This document shows, piece by piece, positions 18,415-26,309 of a DNA stretch of 64,000 nt; the stretch's first letter is position 1; the number at the start of each line of letters is the position of its first letter. A model generated the notes under the pieces. The model saw only the letters and a list, made by a program, of their open reading frames with translations, did no database searches and was not told where the DNA came from. Made by a program: the position numbers and the translations under genes. The stretch spans positions 1,008,843 to 1,072,842 of the forward strand of contig CAWJZO010000001.1 of the NCBI GenBank assembly GCA_963847375.1. The letters are read 5' to 3'. Origin of the DNA: an uncultured Chloroflexia bacterium (GTDB lineage: Bacteria; Chloroflexota; Limnocylindria; QHBO01).

Positions 18415-18450
18415 GTGCTCAAGGATACTACAGGGGAGTATCCGGAGCAC
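18415..18450. promoter_or_regulatory. Extended inverted repeat directly upstream of copA (CsoR-like operator candidate)
   Basis: The sequence is GTGCTC-aa-GGATACT-ACAGGGG-AGTATCC-g-GAGCAC. Both the 7-bp arms and the 6-bp outer arms are perfect inverted repeats, and the repeat starts 3 nt upstream of the copA ATG. Confidence 0.5.
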
Positions 18451-18609
18451 TCTCTCGCCCGGCGGTGCACCGCTTCGGTGGACGGGGTCGGCCCTGATGG
18501 ACGCCTTCGGCGCCTTCGAGCCTCTTGTGCCACCGGTTCCGCAGTTCCTCACGACCGGCAGGCACACACATTGCAGGACCGCTTCTCACATATCAGGGGG
18601 TCGTTCATC

Positions 18610-19065
18610 GTGCGGGGCACGGAGACCAATGCGAAACGTGACGGCGCGCGTCGGCCGTCCGACAGCCGCCATGCTGCGCGGCCCGTCCTATTCGCGGTGG
18701 AGGACGACCCATCGACCCTCGAGCTGCTTCGCGACGTGGCCTTGCATGCCGGGTGGGCGCTTCGGGGCTTCACGCAGCTCGCCGACTTCGAGCGCGCGGT
18801 CGCCCAACGCGTGCCGGACCTCGTGATCCTTGACGACGACCTTCCCGATGGCCGTGGCGGGGACCGGGCTCGGGAGCTTCGCCGCGACCGACGGCTGCGC
18901 GACGTGCCGGTCCTCGTCTGCACGGCGGCTCCGGCGACTCGCCAGGCCGAGATCGGCGCGTGGGCTCCGGTCGTGAGCAAGCCGTTCTCCCTAGCAGAGA
19001 TCGAACGCGTCCTGCGGGACGCGGTCCAGCGGCGCAGTGTGGAGGCGCATTCGGCGGGCGGGTAG
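18610..19065 (+). CDS. Receiver-only (CheY-like) response regulator
   Basis: The acidic pocket EDD, the phospho-acceptor Asp in LVILDDDLPDG, Thr in VCTA and Lys in SKPF are all present. I chose the GTG at 18610 because an AGGGGG lies 10 nt upstream. The start is uncertain. Confidence 0.7.
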   Translation: MRGTETNAKRDGARRPSDSRHAARPVLFAVEDDPSTLELLRDVALHAGWALRGFTQLADFERAVAQRVPDLVILDDDLPDGRGGDRARELRRDRRLRDVPVLVCTAAPATRQAEIGAWAPVVSKPFSLAEIERVLRDAVQRRSVEAHSAGG

Positions 19066-19074
19066 TCTGAGCGC

Positions 19075-20277
19075 GTGCGCGCGCTCATCCTGACGAACGA
19101 GTTCCCGCCCGAGGTCTACGGCGGGGCCGGGATCCACGTCGACGAGCTCACCCGCCACCTGCGATCGTTCGTCGATCTCGATGTACGCAGCTTCGGCAGC
19201 CGCTCCGAGGACGCCGACGGTTGGAGAGTGCGCGGCTATGGCCCCGCGCATGACGCCTCGGCACTCGATCCGCGGTTGCGACCGATGCTCGAGGCGCTCT
19301 CGCGCGACCTCAGCATGCTGACCGATCCGATCCGCGCCGACGTCGTCCACGTCCATACCTGGTATGCGCACCTCGCCGGAGTCCTCGTCCGGATGGCCTA
19401 CGGCATCCCGCTCGCGCTGACCGTCCACTCGCTCGAGCCGCTGCGACCGTGGAAGCGCGAGCAGCTCGGCGGCGGGTATGACGTGAGCAGCTGGATCGAG
19501 CGCATGGCGATCGAGTCGGCCGAGGCCGTGGTCGCCGTCAGCCGTGGCACGCGGGAGGACGTCCTCCGCCTCTTCGACGTGCCGGAGGAGCGCGTCCACG
19601 TCATTCACAACGGCATCGACGCCGAGTTCTACCGCCCCGACCCCGCCACGAACTTCCTCGAGCAGCGCGGCATCGACCCGGCCGTGCCGTACGTCCTCTT
19701 CGTCGGGCGCGTGACGCGCCAGAAGGGGATCGTCCACCTCGTCCGCGCCATCCATCACCTCGCCCCCGGGATCGGCGTGGTCCTGTGCGCCGGCCTGCCG
19801 GATACCCCGGAGATCGCTCGCGAGATGGCCGCCGGCGTGCGCGCCGCCCAGGCGGAGCGGCCAAACGTGATCTGGATCGGCGAGATGGTCAGCCGCGAGG
19901 AGGTGCGCCAGCTCTATTCGCACGCCGCGGTGTTCTGCTGCCCATCGGTCTACGAGCCGTTCGGGATCATCAACCTGGAGGCGGCCGCCTGTGAGACCCC
20001 GGTCGTCGCATCCGCCGTGGGGGGCATTCCCGAGGTCGTCGTCGACGGCGAGACCGGCCTCCTCGTGCCCGTCGAGCTATCGCCGGACGACCCGATGAGC
20101 CCGATCGATCCGGATCGGTTCGAGCGCAACCTCGCCGGGGCCATCAACGCGCTGATGGCCGATCCTCGCGCCAGGGCGGTGATGGGCCGCGCGGCCCGAC
20201 GGCGCGCACTGAAGCAGTTCAGCTGGGAGTCGATCGCGCGTCAGACCGCGGCCCTCTATCGCAAGCTCGCCGGCTGA
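19075..20277 (+). CDS. glgM: GT4 glycogen synthase of the Corynebacterium/Mycobacterium type (alpha-maltose-1-phosphate synthase GlgM-like)
   Basis: MRALILTNEFPPEVYGGAGIHVDEL and the C-terminal E-x7-E region (FCCPSVYEPFGIINLEAAACETPVVAS) match this family. The start codon is GTG. Confidence 0.85.
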   Translation: MRALILTNEFPPEVYGGAGIHVDELTRHLRSFVDLDVRSFGSRSEDADGWRVRGYGPAHDASALDPRLRPMLEALSRDLSMLTDPIRADVVHVHTWYAHLAGVLVRMAYGIPLALTVHSLEPLRPWKREQLGGGYDVSSWIERMAIESAEAVVAVSRGTREDVLRLFDVPEERVHVIHNGIDAEFYRPDPATNFLEQRGIDPAVPYVLFVGRVTRQKGIVHLVRAIHHLAPGIGVVLCAGLPDTPEIAREMAAGVRAAQAERPNVIWIGEMVSREEVRQLYSHAAVFCCPSVYEPFGIINLEAAACETPVVASAVGGIPEVVVDGETGLLVPVELSPDDPMSPIDPDRFERNLAGAINALMADPRARAVMGRAARRRALKQFSWESIARQTAALYRKLAG

Positions 20278-20283
20278 ACGCGG

Positions 20284-20312
20284 CGTGACATTCGTCACGG
20301 ATCGCCGGTGAC
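20284..20312 (+). promoter_or_regulatory. Composite motif cGTGAC-ATTC-GTCACgg-N7-GTGAC upstream of the sensor kinase gene
   Basis: A perfect 5/6-bp inverted repeat is followed by a third GTGAC half-site after a 9-nt gap, 48 nt before the ATG at 20360. The same architecture recurs at 22053-22080. Confidence 0.5.
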
Positions 20313-20359
20313 GGCCGCGACTGGCGGGTGGGCGACCCTCGCGGTACCGTCGCGCGAGC

Positions 20360-21445
20360 ATGGATCAGGCTAACGACGTCAACCGGCGGCTTGGCTGGCT
20401 GGAGCACATCTGGCTGGTCAGCCTCCTCTTCGTCTTCTTTCCGCTGATCTTCACGCCCGGGACCGAAACCGCCGATTGGCTCGTCACCGGCGCGCTGGTT
20501 GCCGCCTTCCTCGCGCTCTACGTCTGCGCGGAGCTCGTCGAGGGCCGCGCGGCGCTCGTGCCGCTCGGGCTGATCGCGGTGCTCGGCATCGCCGGCGCCT
20601 ACATCAACTCCGGCACGACGGTCTTCCTCATCTTCCTGTCGGCATTCGCGGCGCACGCCCTCCCGCCGCGCCGGGCGCTGTGGGTCATCGCGGCCCTTGC
20701 GGCGACCGTGGCCCTCATCGGTCTGACCCTGCGGGCACCGATGCCCTACGGGTTCGCCGCCATCGCGCCGGCCTTCCTGTTCATCATCGTCATCGGTCTC
20801 GCCGAGATCTACAACGCCCAGCGCGCACGCGCCGATGCGCGTCTGCGGCTCGCGCAGGAAGAGATCGAGCGGCTTGCGACGGTGGCGGAACGTGAGCGCA
20901 TCGCGCGCGACCTGCACGACCTGCTCGGTCACACGCTGTCGGTGATCGTGCTCAAGGCCGAGCTCGCCTCGCGCCTCATGGAGCGCGATCCGCAACGTGC
21001 CGCGACCGAGGTCAGTGAGGTCGAGCGGATCAGCCGCACCGCGCTGGCCGAGGTCCGTGCGGCGGTGCAGGGCTACCGCGGGCAGAGCCTCGCCCGCGAG
21101 CTCGAGGAGGCGCGGCGCACGCTCGCGGCGGCGGGCATCGCGGTCGAGACGGAGATCGAGGCGGTCGAGCTGCCGGGGACGCGTGACGAGGTGCTGGCGC
21201 TCGCCGTCCGCGAGGCGATCACGAACATCATCCGCCACTCGTCCGCCCGGAGCGTCCGAATCGAGCTGCAGAGCCGGGGCGAGGGCGTCCGGCTGACCGT
21301 GGCCGATGATGGCCGCGGCGGCGATGCTCCGGAGGGATCGGGGCTGCGCGGCATGCGCGAACGGCTCGCGGCATTCGGCGGCAGCCTCGAGCGCGATACC
21401 AGTGCGGGCACGCGGCTGTCGATCGTGCTGCCGCCGAGCGCATGA
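20360..21445 (+). CDS. Sensor histidine kinase, HisKA_3 (DesK/LiaS/NarX-like) family
   Basis: Four to five N-terminal TM helices are followed by the H-box ERIARDLHDLLGHTLS and HATPase_c motifs (ITNIIRHS, DDGRGG, GSGLRGMRER). Confidence 0.9.
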   Translation: MDQANDVNRRLGWLEHIWLVSLLFVFFPLIFTPGTETADWLVTGALVAAFLALYVCAELVEGRAALVPLGLIAVLGIAGAYINSGTTVFLIFLSAFAAHALPPRRALWVIAALAATVALIGLTLRAPMPYGFAAIAPAFLFIIVIGLAEIYNAQRARADARLRLAQEEIERLATVAERERIARDLHDLLGHTLSVIVLKAELASRLMERDPQRAATEVSEVERISRTALAEVRAAVQGYRGQSLARELEEARRTLAAAGIAVETEIEAVELPGTRDEVLALAVREAITNIIRHSSARSVRIELQSRGEGVRLTVADDGRGGDAPEGSGLRGMRERLAAFGGSLERDTSAGTRLSIVLPPSA

Positions 21446-22053
21446 CGACCGCGATCCGCGTCCTCCTGGCCGAGGACCAGCGCATGGTGCTCGGCGCCCT
21501 CGCCGCGTTGCTGGAGCTCGAGGACGACATCACCGTCGTCGGGCGTGCCGAGAGCGGCGACGAGGCGCTGCGGCTGAGCGCCGAGCAGCGGCCGGACGTA
21601 GTCCTCACCGACATCGAGATGCCCGGGATGTCCGGGCTGGAGCTGGCCGAGCGCCTGCGAGCCAGCAGCCCACCGCCGCGGGTCATCATCCTCACCACCT
21701 TCGCGCGCTCGGGCTACCTGCGCCGTGCGCTCGAGGCCGGCGCCGCCGGCTACCTGCTCAAGGACGCACCGGCCGCGAACCTCGCCGCTGCCGTCCGACG
21801 CGTCCATGCCGGGCTGCGCGCGGTCGATCCCGAGCTGGCCGCGGAGGCATGGTCCGGCGAGGACCCGCTCACCGATCGAGAGCGACAGGTGCTCAACCTC
21901 GCCGACGAAGGGCTGACGAGCGCCGACATCTCCGAGCGCCTGCACCTGAGCGAGGGGACGGTGCGCAACTACCTGTCGGAGGCGATCAGCAAGACCGGAG
22001 CCGCGAACCGCGTCCAGGCCGCGCGCCGGGCGCGCGAGCGGGGATGGCTGTGA
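21442..22053 (+). CDS. LuxR/NarL-family response regulator
   Basis: A receiver domain (VLLAEDQ, DVVLTDIEMPG, KDAP) is joined to a C-terminal LuxR HTH (LTDRERQVLNLADEGLTSADISERLHLSEGTVRNYLS). The ATG overlaps the kinase stop (ATGA). Confidence 0.92.
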   Translation: MTTAIRVLLAEDQRMVLGALAALLELEDDITVVGRAESGDEALRLSAEQRPDVVLTDIEMPGMSGLELAERLRASSPPPRVIILTTFARSGYLRRALEAGAAGYLLKDAPAANLAAAVRRVHAGLRAVDPELAAEAWSGEDPLTDRERQVLNLADEGLTSADISERLHLSEGTVRNYLSEAISKTGAANRVQAARRARERGWL

Positions 22054-22080
22054 GTGACGAACGTCACGGCCAGGTCGTGA
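22053..22080 (+). promoter_or_regulatory. Second copy of the composite motif GTGAC-GAAC-GTCACgg-N7-GTGAC, upstream of the ABC exporter
   Basis: The half-sites, the 4-nt spacer and the 9-nt gap to the third GTGAC are the same as at 20284-20312. The motif begins at the last base of the regulator stop codon, 31 nt before the ABC ATPase start. Confidence 0.5.
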
Positions 22081-22110
22081 CGCGCCCCACTGGAGCCGCG
22101 GGCGTGACCG

Positions 22111-22962
22111 ATGCAGGATGAGCCCATGGACATCGTGACCGAGCAACCAGCAGCAGCTGCCCCGGCGGCCGCGCTGCGAGCCGCATCCGCGCCATCCATT
22201 GGCGCACCGATCATCACCGTCACCGACCTCCGCAAAACCTACGGCACCCTCACCGCCGTCGACGGCGTGAGCTTCGACGTGGGCGAGGGCGAGGTGTTTG
22301 GCATCCTCGGGCCGAACGGGGCGGGCAAGACGACGAGCCTCGAGATGATCGAGGGCATGCGTCCCATCGACGCCGGCGAGGCGATCATCGACGGCGTCGA
22401 CGTGAAGGCCGACCCGCGCGAGGTGAAGCGGCGCATCGGCATCCAGCTCCAGTCGTCGGCCTTCTTCGACGAGCTGACCCTCGTCGAGATCCTCCACCTC
22501 TTCGGCCGGCTCTACGAGCGCGATGTGGATCCGATGGCGCTCCTCGCCCTCGTCGACCTGACTGAGAAGGCGAAGAGCCAAGTGCGGACCCTGTCTGGCG
22601 GTCAGAAACAGCGCTTCAGCATCGCCTCGGCGCTCGTCAACGACCCGCGCGTCCTCTTCCTCGACGAGCCGACGACCGGCCTCGACCCGCAGGCGCGGCG
22701 CCACATGTGGGGCCTCATTCGCACGATCCGCGAGAGCGGCCACACCGTGGTCCTCACCACGCACTACATGGAGGAGGCCGAGGAGCTCTGCGACCGCGTC
22801 GCGATCATGGATCGTGGCCGGATCATCGCGCTCGATACGCCGCAGCGGCTCGTCGACGCGCTCGTCGGCCGCGGGTTCAGGAAGTCGCGCGTCGAGCGGC
22901 TCGCCAACCTCGAGGACGTGTTCATCGACATGACCGGGCACGACCTGCGAGAGGGGGACTGA
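22111..22962 (+). CDS. ABC transporter ATP-binding protein (DrrA/ABC-2 exporter type)
   Basis: Walker A (GPNGAGKTT), signature (LSGGQKQR) and Walker B (LFLDEPTTGLD) are present. An alternative ATG lies at 22126. Confidence 0.9.
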   Translation: MQDEPMDIVTEQPAAAAPAAALRAASAPSIGAPIITVTDLRKTYGTLTAVDGVSFDVGEGEVFGILGPNGAGKTTSLEMIEGMRPIDAGEAIIDGVDVKADPREVKRRIGIQLQSSAFFDELTLVEILHLFGRLYERDVDPMALLALVDLTEKAKSQVRTLSGGQKQRFSIASALVNDPRVLFLDEPTTGLDPQARRHMWGLIRTIRESGHTVVLTTHYMEEAEELCDRVAIMDRGRIIALDTPQRLVDALVGRGFRKSRVERLANLEDVFIDMTGHDLREGD

Positions 22963-22965
22963 CCG

Positions 22966-24063
22966 ATGCAACTCGGCGTGCTCTGGGCCCTCTTCGTCGC
23001 CAGCGGGAAGATGTTCATCCGCAACCGCGCGGCCGTCTTCTTCAGCCTCTTCCTGCCCCTCATCATCATGCTGATCTTCGGGGTCCTGAACTTCGAGGGC
23101 AGCACCGAGATCCAGCTCGGCATCGTGGACGAAGCCGACAACGACGCCAGCGCCGACTTCGTCGAGAGCCTCGGCGAGTACGAGTACCTCGTCCTCATCG
23201 AGGGCGAGCGCGAGGCCGAGATGGCGGAGCTGGCTGAGGGAGACCGGGACTTCGTCCTCGTGATCCCCGCCGGCTGGACCGTGCCGCCTCCGGGCGTCGA
23301 GACCGGCCTGGTCGCCTACGCCGGCAGCGGCGATCCTGCCCAGGCGCAGGTCGCCCAGGGCCTCTTCCAGCAGGCCGTCGCCCAGGCCCTGTACGCGCCC
23401 GCCGGCGGTGGTGGCGCCTCGGCGGCCTTCGCGCCGCCGGTCGAATTCCAATCGGTCGAGTCGCGCGACCTCGGCTACATCGACTTCCTCGTGCCGGGGA
23501 TCGTGGGCATGACGATCATGCAGCTCGGCATCTTCGGTGTGGCCTTCGGGTTCGTGCAGCTCAAGCGCACGGGTGCGCTGCGGCGCCTCTTCGCCACGCC
23601 GACCTCGCCGAGCTACTTCCTCTCGGCCCAGGTGCTGTCGCGCCTGATCATCGGCCTCGTGCAGGTCGCGATCCTGTTCGCGGTCGGCATCTGGTTCGGG
23701 CTCCAGATGTTCGGTGACTACATGACCCTGATCGTCGTCGTCATCATCGGCTCCGCGATCTTCCTGGCGCTCGGCTTCGCGATCGCGGGCTGGGCAAAGA
23801 ACGAGGACCAGGCCGCACCGGTGGCCAACCTCGTCAGCCTGCCGATGATGTTCCTGTCCGGGGTCTTCTTCCCCCGCGACGCGATGCCCGAGTTCCTCGC
23901 CGCGATCACCGCATTCCTGCCGCTCACCTACGTGAACGAGGCGCTGCGGGCGATCGTCAACGAGGGCGCGAACATGATGTCGCTTGGCCCGCAGCTGCTC
24001 GGCATGGCCGTCTGGGTGGTGATCAGCTTCGTCATCGCGGTGCGGCTCTTCCGCTGGGAGTAG
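22966..24063 (+). CDS. ABC-2 type transporter permease
   Basis: An N-terminal TM segment and a large extracytoplasmic loop are followed by five TM segments. The gene starts 3 nt after the ATPase stop. Confidence 0.85.
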   Translation: MQLGVLWALFVASGKMFIRNRAAVFFSLFLPLIIMLIFGVLNFEGSTEIQLGIVDEADNDASADFVESLGEYEYLVLIEGEREAEMAELAEGDRDFVLVIPAGWTVPPPGVETGLVAYAGSGDPAQAQVAQGLFQQAVAQALYAPAGGGGASAAFAPPVEFQSVESRDLGYIDFLVPGIVGMTIMQLGIFGVAFGFVQLKRTGALRRLFATPTSPSYFLSAQVLSRLIIGLVQVAILFAVGIWFGLQMFGDYMTLIVVVIIGSAIFLALGFAIAGWAKNEDQAAPVANLVSLPMMFLSGVFFPRDAMPEFLAAITAFLPLTYVNEALRAIVNEGANMMSLGPQLLGMAVWVVISFVIAVRLFRWE

Positions 24064-24072
24064 CCGCCTCAG

Positions 24073-24202
24073 GGCCAACCAGATTGGCCGACGGACCGAT
24101 GAGAGGCCCGTCGTCGGTCGCGTGGCCAATTCGAATAGCCAGGCGACCGAGGACCGCCCCTGCATCGACGCTTCGCCGGTCGGTAGGCCAACGTCATTGG
24201 CC
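24073..24202. repeat. Three spaced copies of the palindrome GGCCAA-N5-TTGGCC (two perfect, one degenerate)
   Basis: The copies are 24073-24089 GGCCAAccagaTTGGCC, 24124-24140 GGCCAAttcgaATAGCC and 24186-24202 GGCCAAcgtcaTTGGCC. All lie in the gap between the ABC permease and the amidohydrolase gene. Confidence 0.6.
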
Positions 24203-24227
24203 GCGAGGAAGGACCGATAATGCGGCG

Positions 24228-25628
24228 ATGCACGAGCATCCGGCTCCGATCAGCCGGCGCCGCCTGCTCCAGCTGGGGGCGACCGCATCGGCCGCCAGCC
24301 TGGCCGCCTGCGCGTCGCCGCTGCCCTCTCTGACGCCGCTCCTCTCAGGGAGCGCTTCACCCAGCCCCACGGCGACCCCAACCGCAATGCCGACGCCTCC
24401 ACCGACGCCGAGTCCGACCCCGCGGCCGGTGACCGGGCGCGTGCTCTACCGCGATGGTGCGCTCGCCGACGGCCGCGAGCCGTCGCTTCGGCACCACGTC
24501 AGCATCCTGGTCGAGGACGGGCGCATCGCCTGGATCCGGCCCACGGACGGCGAGGAGGACGCGTCGAGGGCGACGGTCGTCGACTGCGCCGGCGCGACGT
24601 TCGTGCCGGGCATGGTCGACTGCCACAGCCACGTCACCGGACCGGGTGGCGCGAACTGGATCGAGCGCTTCAACGACCCGCCCGAGACGCTACTGGCCGT
24701 CGCCGAGGACAATGCGCGGATCGCCCTCGCCGCCGGCGTTCGCTGGATGCGCGACGTCGGCTCACCGATCGCCGTGAGCCCGGACGACGGCCGCGAGCGG
24801 GCGATGGCCCTGGCCGTGCGCGACCGATGGATCGACCGCCGCGACCGTCCCTACCTGCGTGCCGCGGGGTCGTGGCTGTTCAAGGTCGGCACGAACCCGA
24901 TGCGCTCCGCCGTGGAGGTCCAGACGGCCGACGAGCTCGTCGGCGCCGCGATCGGCCAGCTCGACGACGGCGCCGACCTCGTGAAGCTCTACATGGACGG
25001 GCCGGACGTGAACGTCTCGCCATGGACCGCGAACGAGGTGGGACGGGTCGTCAACGCCGCCCACGAGCGCCGCGCGCGGGTGGCGGCGCACTCCGGGCGG
25101 CTCAACGGAGCGCGGGAGGCGGTGCTCGGTGGCGTCGACTCGATTGAGCATGGCTTCGACCTCGACGCGGCGGTCGCCGCCGAGATGGCGTCGCGCGGGA
25201 CGACGCTGGTGTCGACGCTGGCCGTCCAGCGCTCGTGGCTGAGCTTCGGCTCCACGACGACGATGGAGCGCTTCGCGACCGAGGCCAGCCGCAACGCCAT
25301 CGCCGCGCGTCTCGAGCAGGGCGAGGCATCGGTGCGGATCGCACGCGACGCTGGGGTGCCGATCGCGACCGGCAGCGACTTCGGTGGGGGATCGCTGCGC
25401 GCGAACCAACTGGCCTGGGAGGTGACAAGCCTCGTGGCCGCCGGGCTCGAGCCGGTCGACGCGCTGGCGGCGGCGACGTGGCGCGGCGGCGAGCTCCTTG
25501 CCGAGGAGGAGGCGGGCGTCATCCGCGAGGGCGGGCCCGCCGACTTCTTCTGCATCCACGGCGACCCCCTCAGCGAGCCGGAGGCCATGTGGCGCGTTTG
25601 GCGAACCGCGTATCCCTCGCCGTCCTGA
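24228..25628 (+). CDS. Amidohydrolase-family metallo-hydrolase, probable Tat-exported lipoprotein
   Basis: A twin-arginine motif (SRRRLLQLG) and a lipobox (LAAC) are present. Metal ligands are suggested by MVDCHSHV and a later DSIEHG. I chose the ATG at 24228. Confidence 0.8.
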   Translation: MHEHPAPISRRRLLQLGATASAASLAACASPLPSLTPLLSGSASPSPTATPTAMPTPPPTPSPTPRPVTGRVLYRDGALADGREPSLRHHVSILVEDGRIAWIRPTDGEEDASRATVVDCAGATFVPGMVDCHSHVTGPGGANWIERFNDPPETLLAVAEDNARIALAAGVRWMRDVGSPIAVSPDDGRERAMALAVRDRWIDRRDRPYLRAAGSWLFKVGTNPMRSAVEVQTADELVGAAIGQLDDGADLVKLYMDGPDVNVSPWTANEVGRVVNAAHERRARVAAHSGRLNGAREAVLGGVDSIEHGFDLDAAVAAEMASRGTTLVSTLAVQRSWLSFGSTTTMERFATEASRNAIAARLEQGEASVRIARDAGVPIATGSDFGGGSLRANQLAWEVTSLVAAGLEPVDALAAATWRGGELLAEEEAGVIREGGPADFFCIHGDPLSEPEAMWRVWRTAYPSPS

Positions 25629-25634
25629 GGCGCA

Positions 25635-25925
25635 TCAGGTCTCGGCGGGAGGCTCCTGCGCGTCCCCCGACGGCGTCTCCTCGCGCTCGACGATGATCGT
25701 GCAGCGGGTCGCAAGGGCGGCGGCCGCACCGATCGCGGCGAGGACCGGCATCAGGGCGGCACCGATCAGCCCGATCGTCAACGGCACCTCGAGCATCGTC
25801 CGGCCGTCGTCGTTCTTGATGATGATGCGGCGGACGTTGCCCTCATGGATCAGCTCCTTGACCTTGTGGACGACTTCGTCGCCGTCGATGGTGAATTCCT
25901 GGGTTCGGGGTCGCTCCTGGTTCAT
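25635..25925 (-). CDS. DUF4342-like small protein
   Basis: FTIDGDEVVHKVKELIHEGNVRRIIIKNDDGRTMLEVPLTIGLIGAALMPVLAAIGA matches my recollection of the DUF4342 pattern. Confidence 0.65.
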   Translation of the reverse strand: MNQERPRTQEFTIDGDEVVHKVKELIHEGNVRRIIIKNDDGRTMLEVPLTIGLIGAALMPVLAAIGAAAALATRCTIIVEREETPSGDAQEPPAET

Positions 25926-26081
25926 GGGTCCAGCCTACTCCGACCGTGTTCCCGGCTGACGTTCGCGCTCCGTTCTCGGTCAATCGGCCGAGCATGCCCG
26001 CGGCATCAGACCGATGAACTCGGGGCGCCTCCGCGGTCTGATTGGATGCAACCACCCTGAGAACAGCCCGAGGTCCCCACC

Positions 26082-26294
26082 ATGTTCAGCACGGCCCACG
26101 TCGACACGGTCCACGCGAGCGTCCCGACGTCACGCTCCGTCCCCAGCCTCAGCGCCGCGCTGGGTCTGATCCTGCGGCTCGGCGGATCGGTCACGTCCGA
26201 GATCCGGACCGCGCCGGGCATCGGCTCCTGGGCGCTCGTCGTCGACGCCGAAGGCAACGAGCTCGTGCTGTGGGAGAACGCCGCTCCGGCCTGA
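26082..26294 (+). pseudogene. Half-size VOC/glyoxalase-fold ORF (only one beta-alpha-beta-beta-beta module), probable remnant
   Basis: The C-terminal GIGSWALVVDAEGNELVLWE is the typical last module of VOC proteins. An in-frame TGA at 26058-26060 rules out a longer N-terminus. Confidence 0.4.
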
Positions 26295-26309
26295 CCCGAC
26301 GCTGAGCCC

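Noticed and set aside
22103-22113. The recurrent string (C)TGACCGATG at several gene starts: 15829-15839, 22103-22113, 22958-22968 and 63137-63146.
   Set aside because: It is most simply explained as a TGA stop, a 3-nt spacer and an ATG start at coupled junctions, in a genome with a biased oligonucleotide vocabulary. The 15829 copy is not at a junction, but a single case is not convincing.
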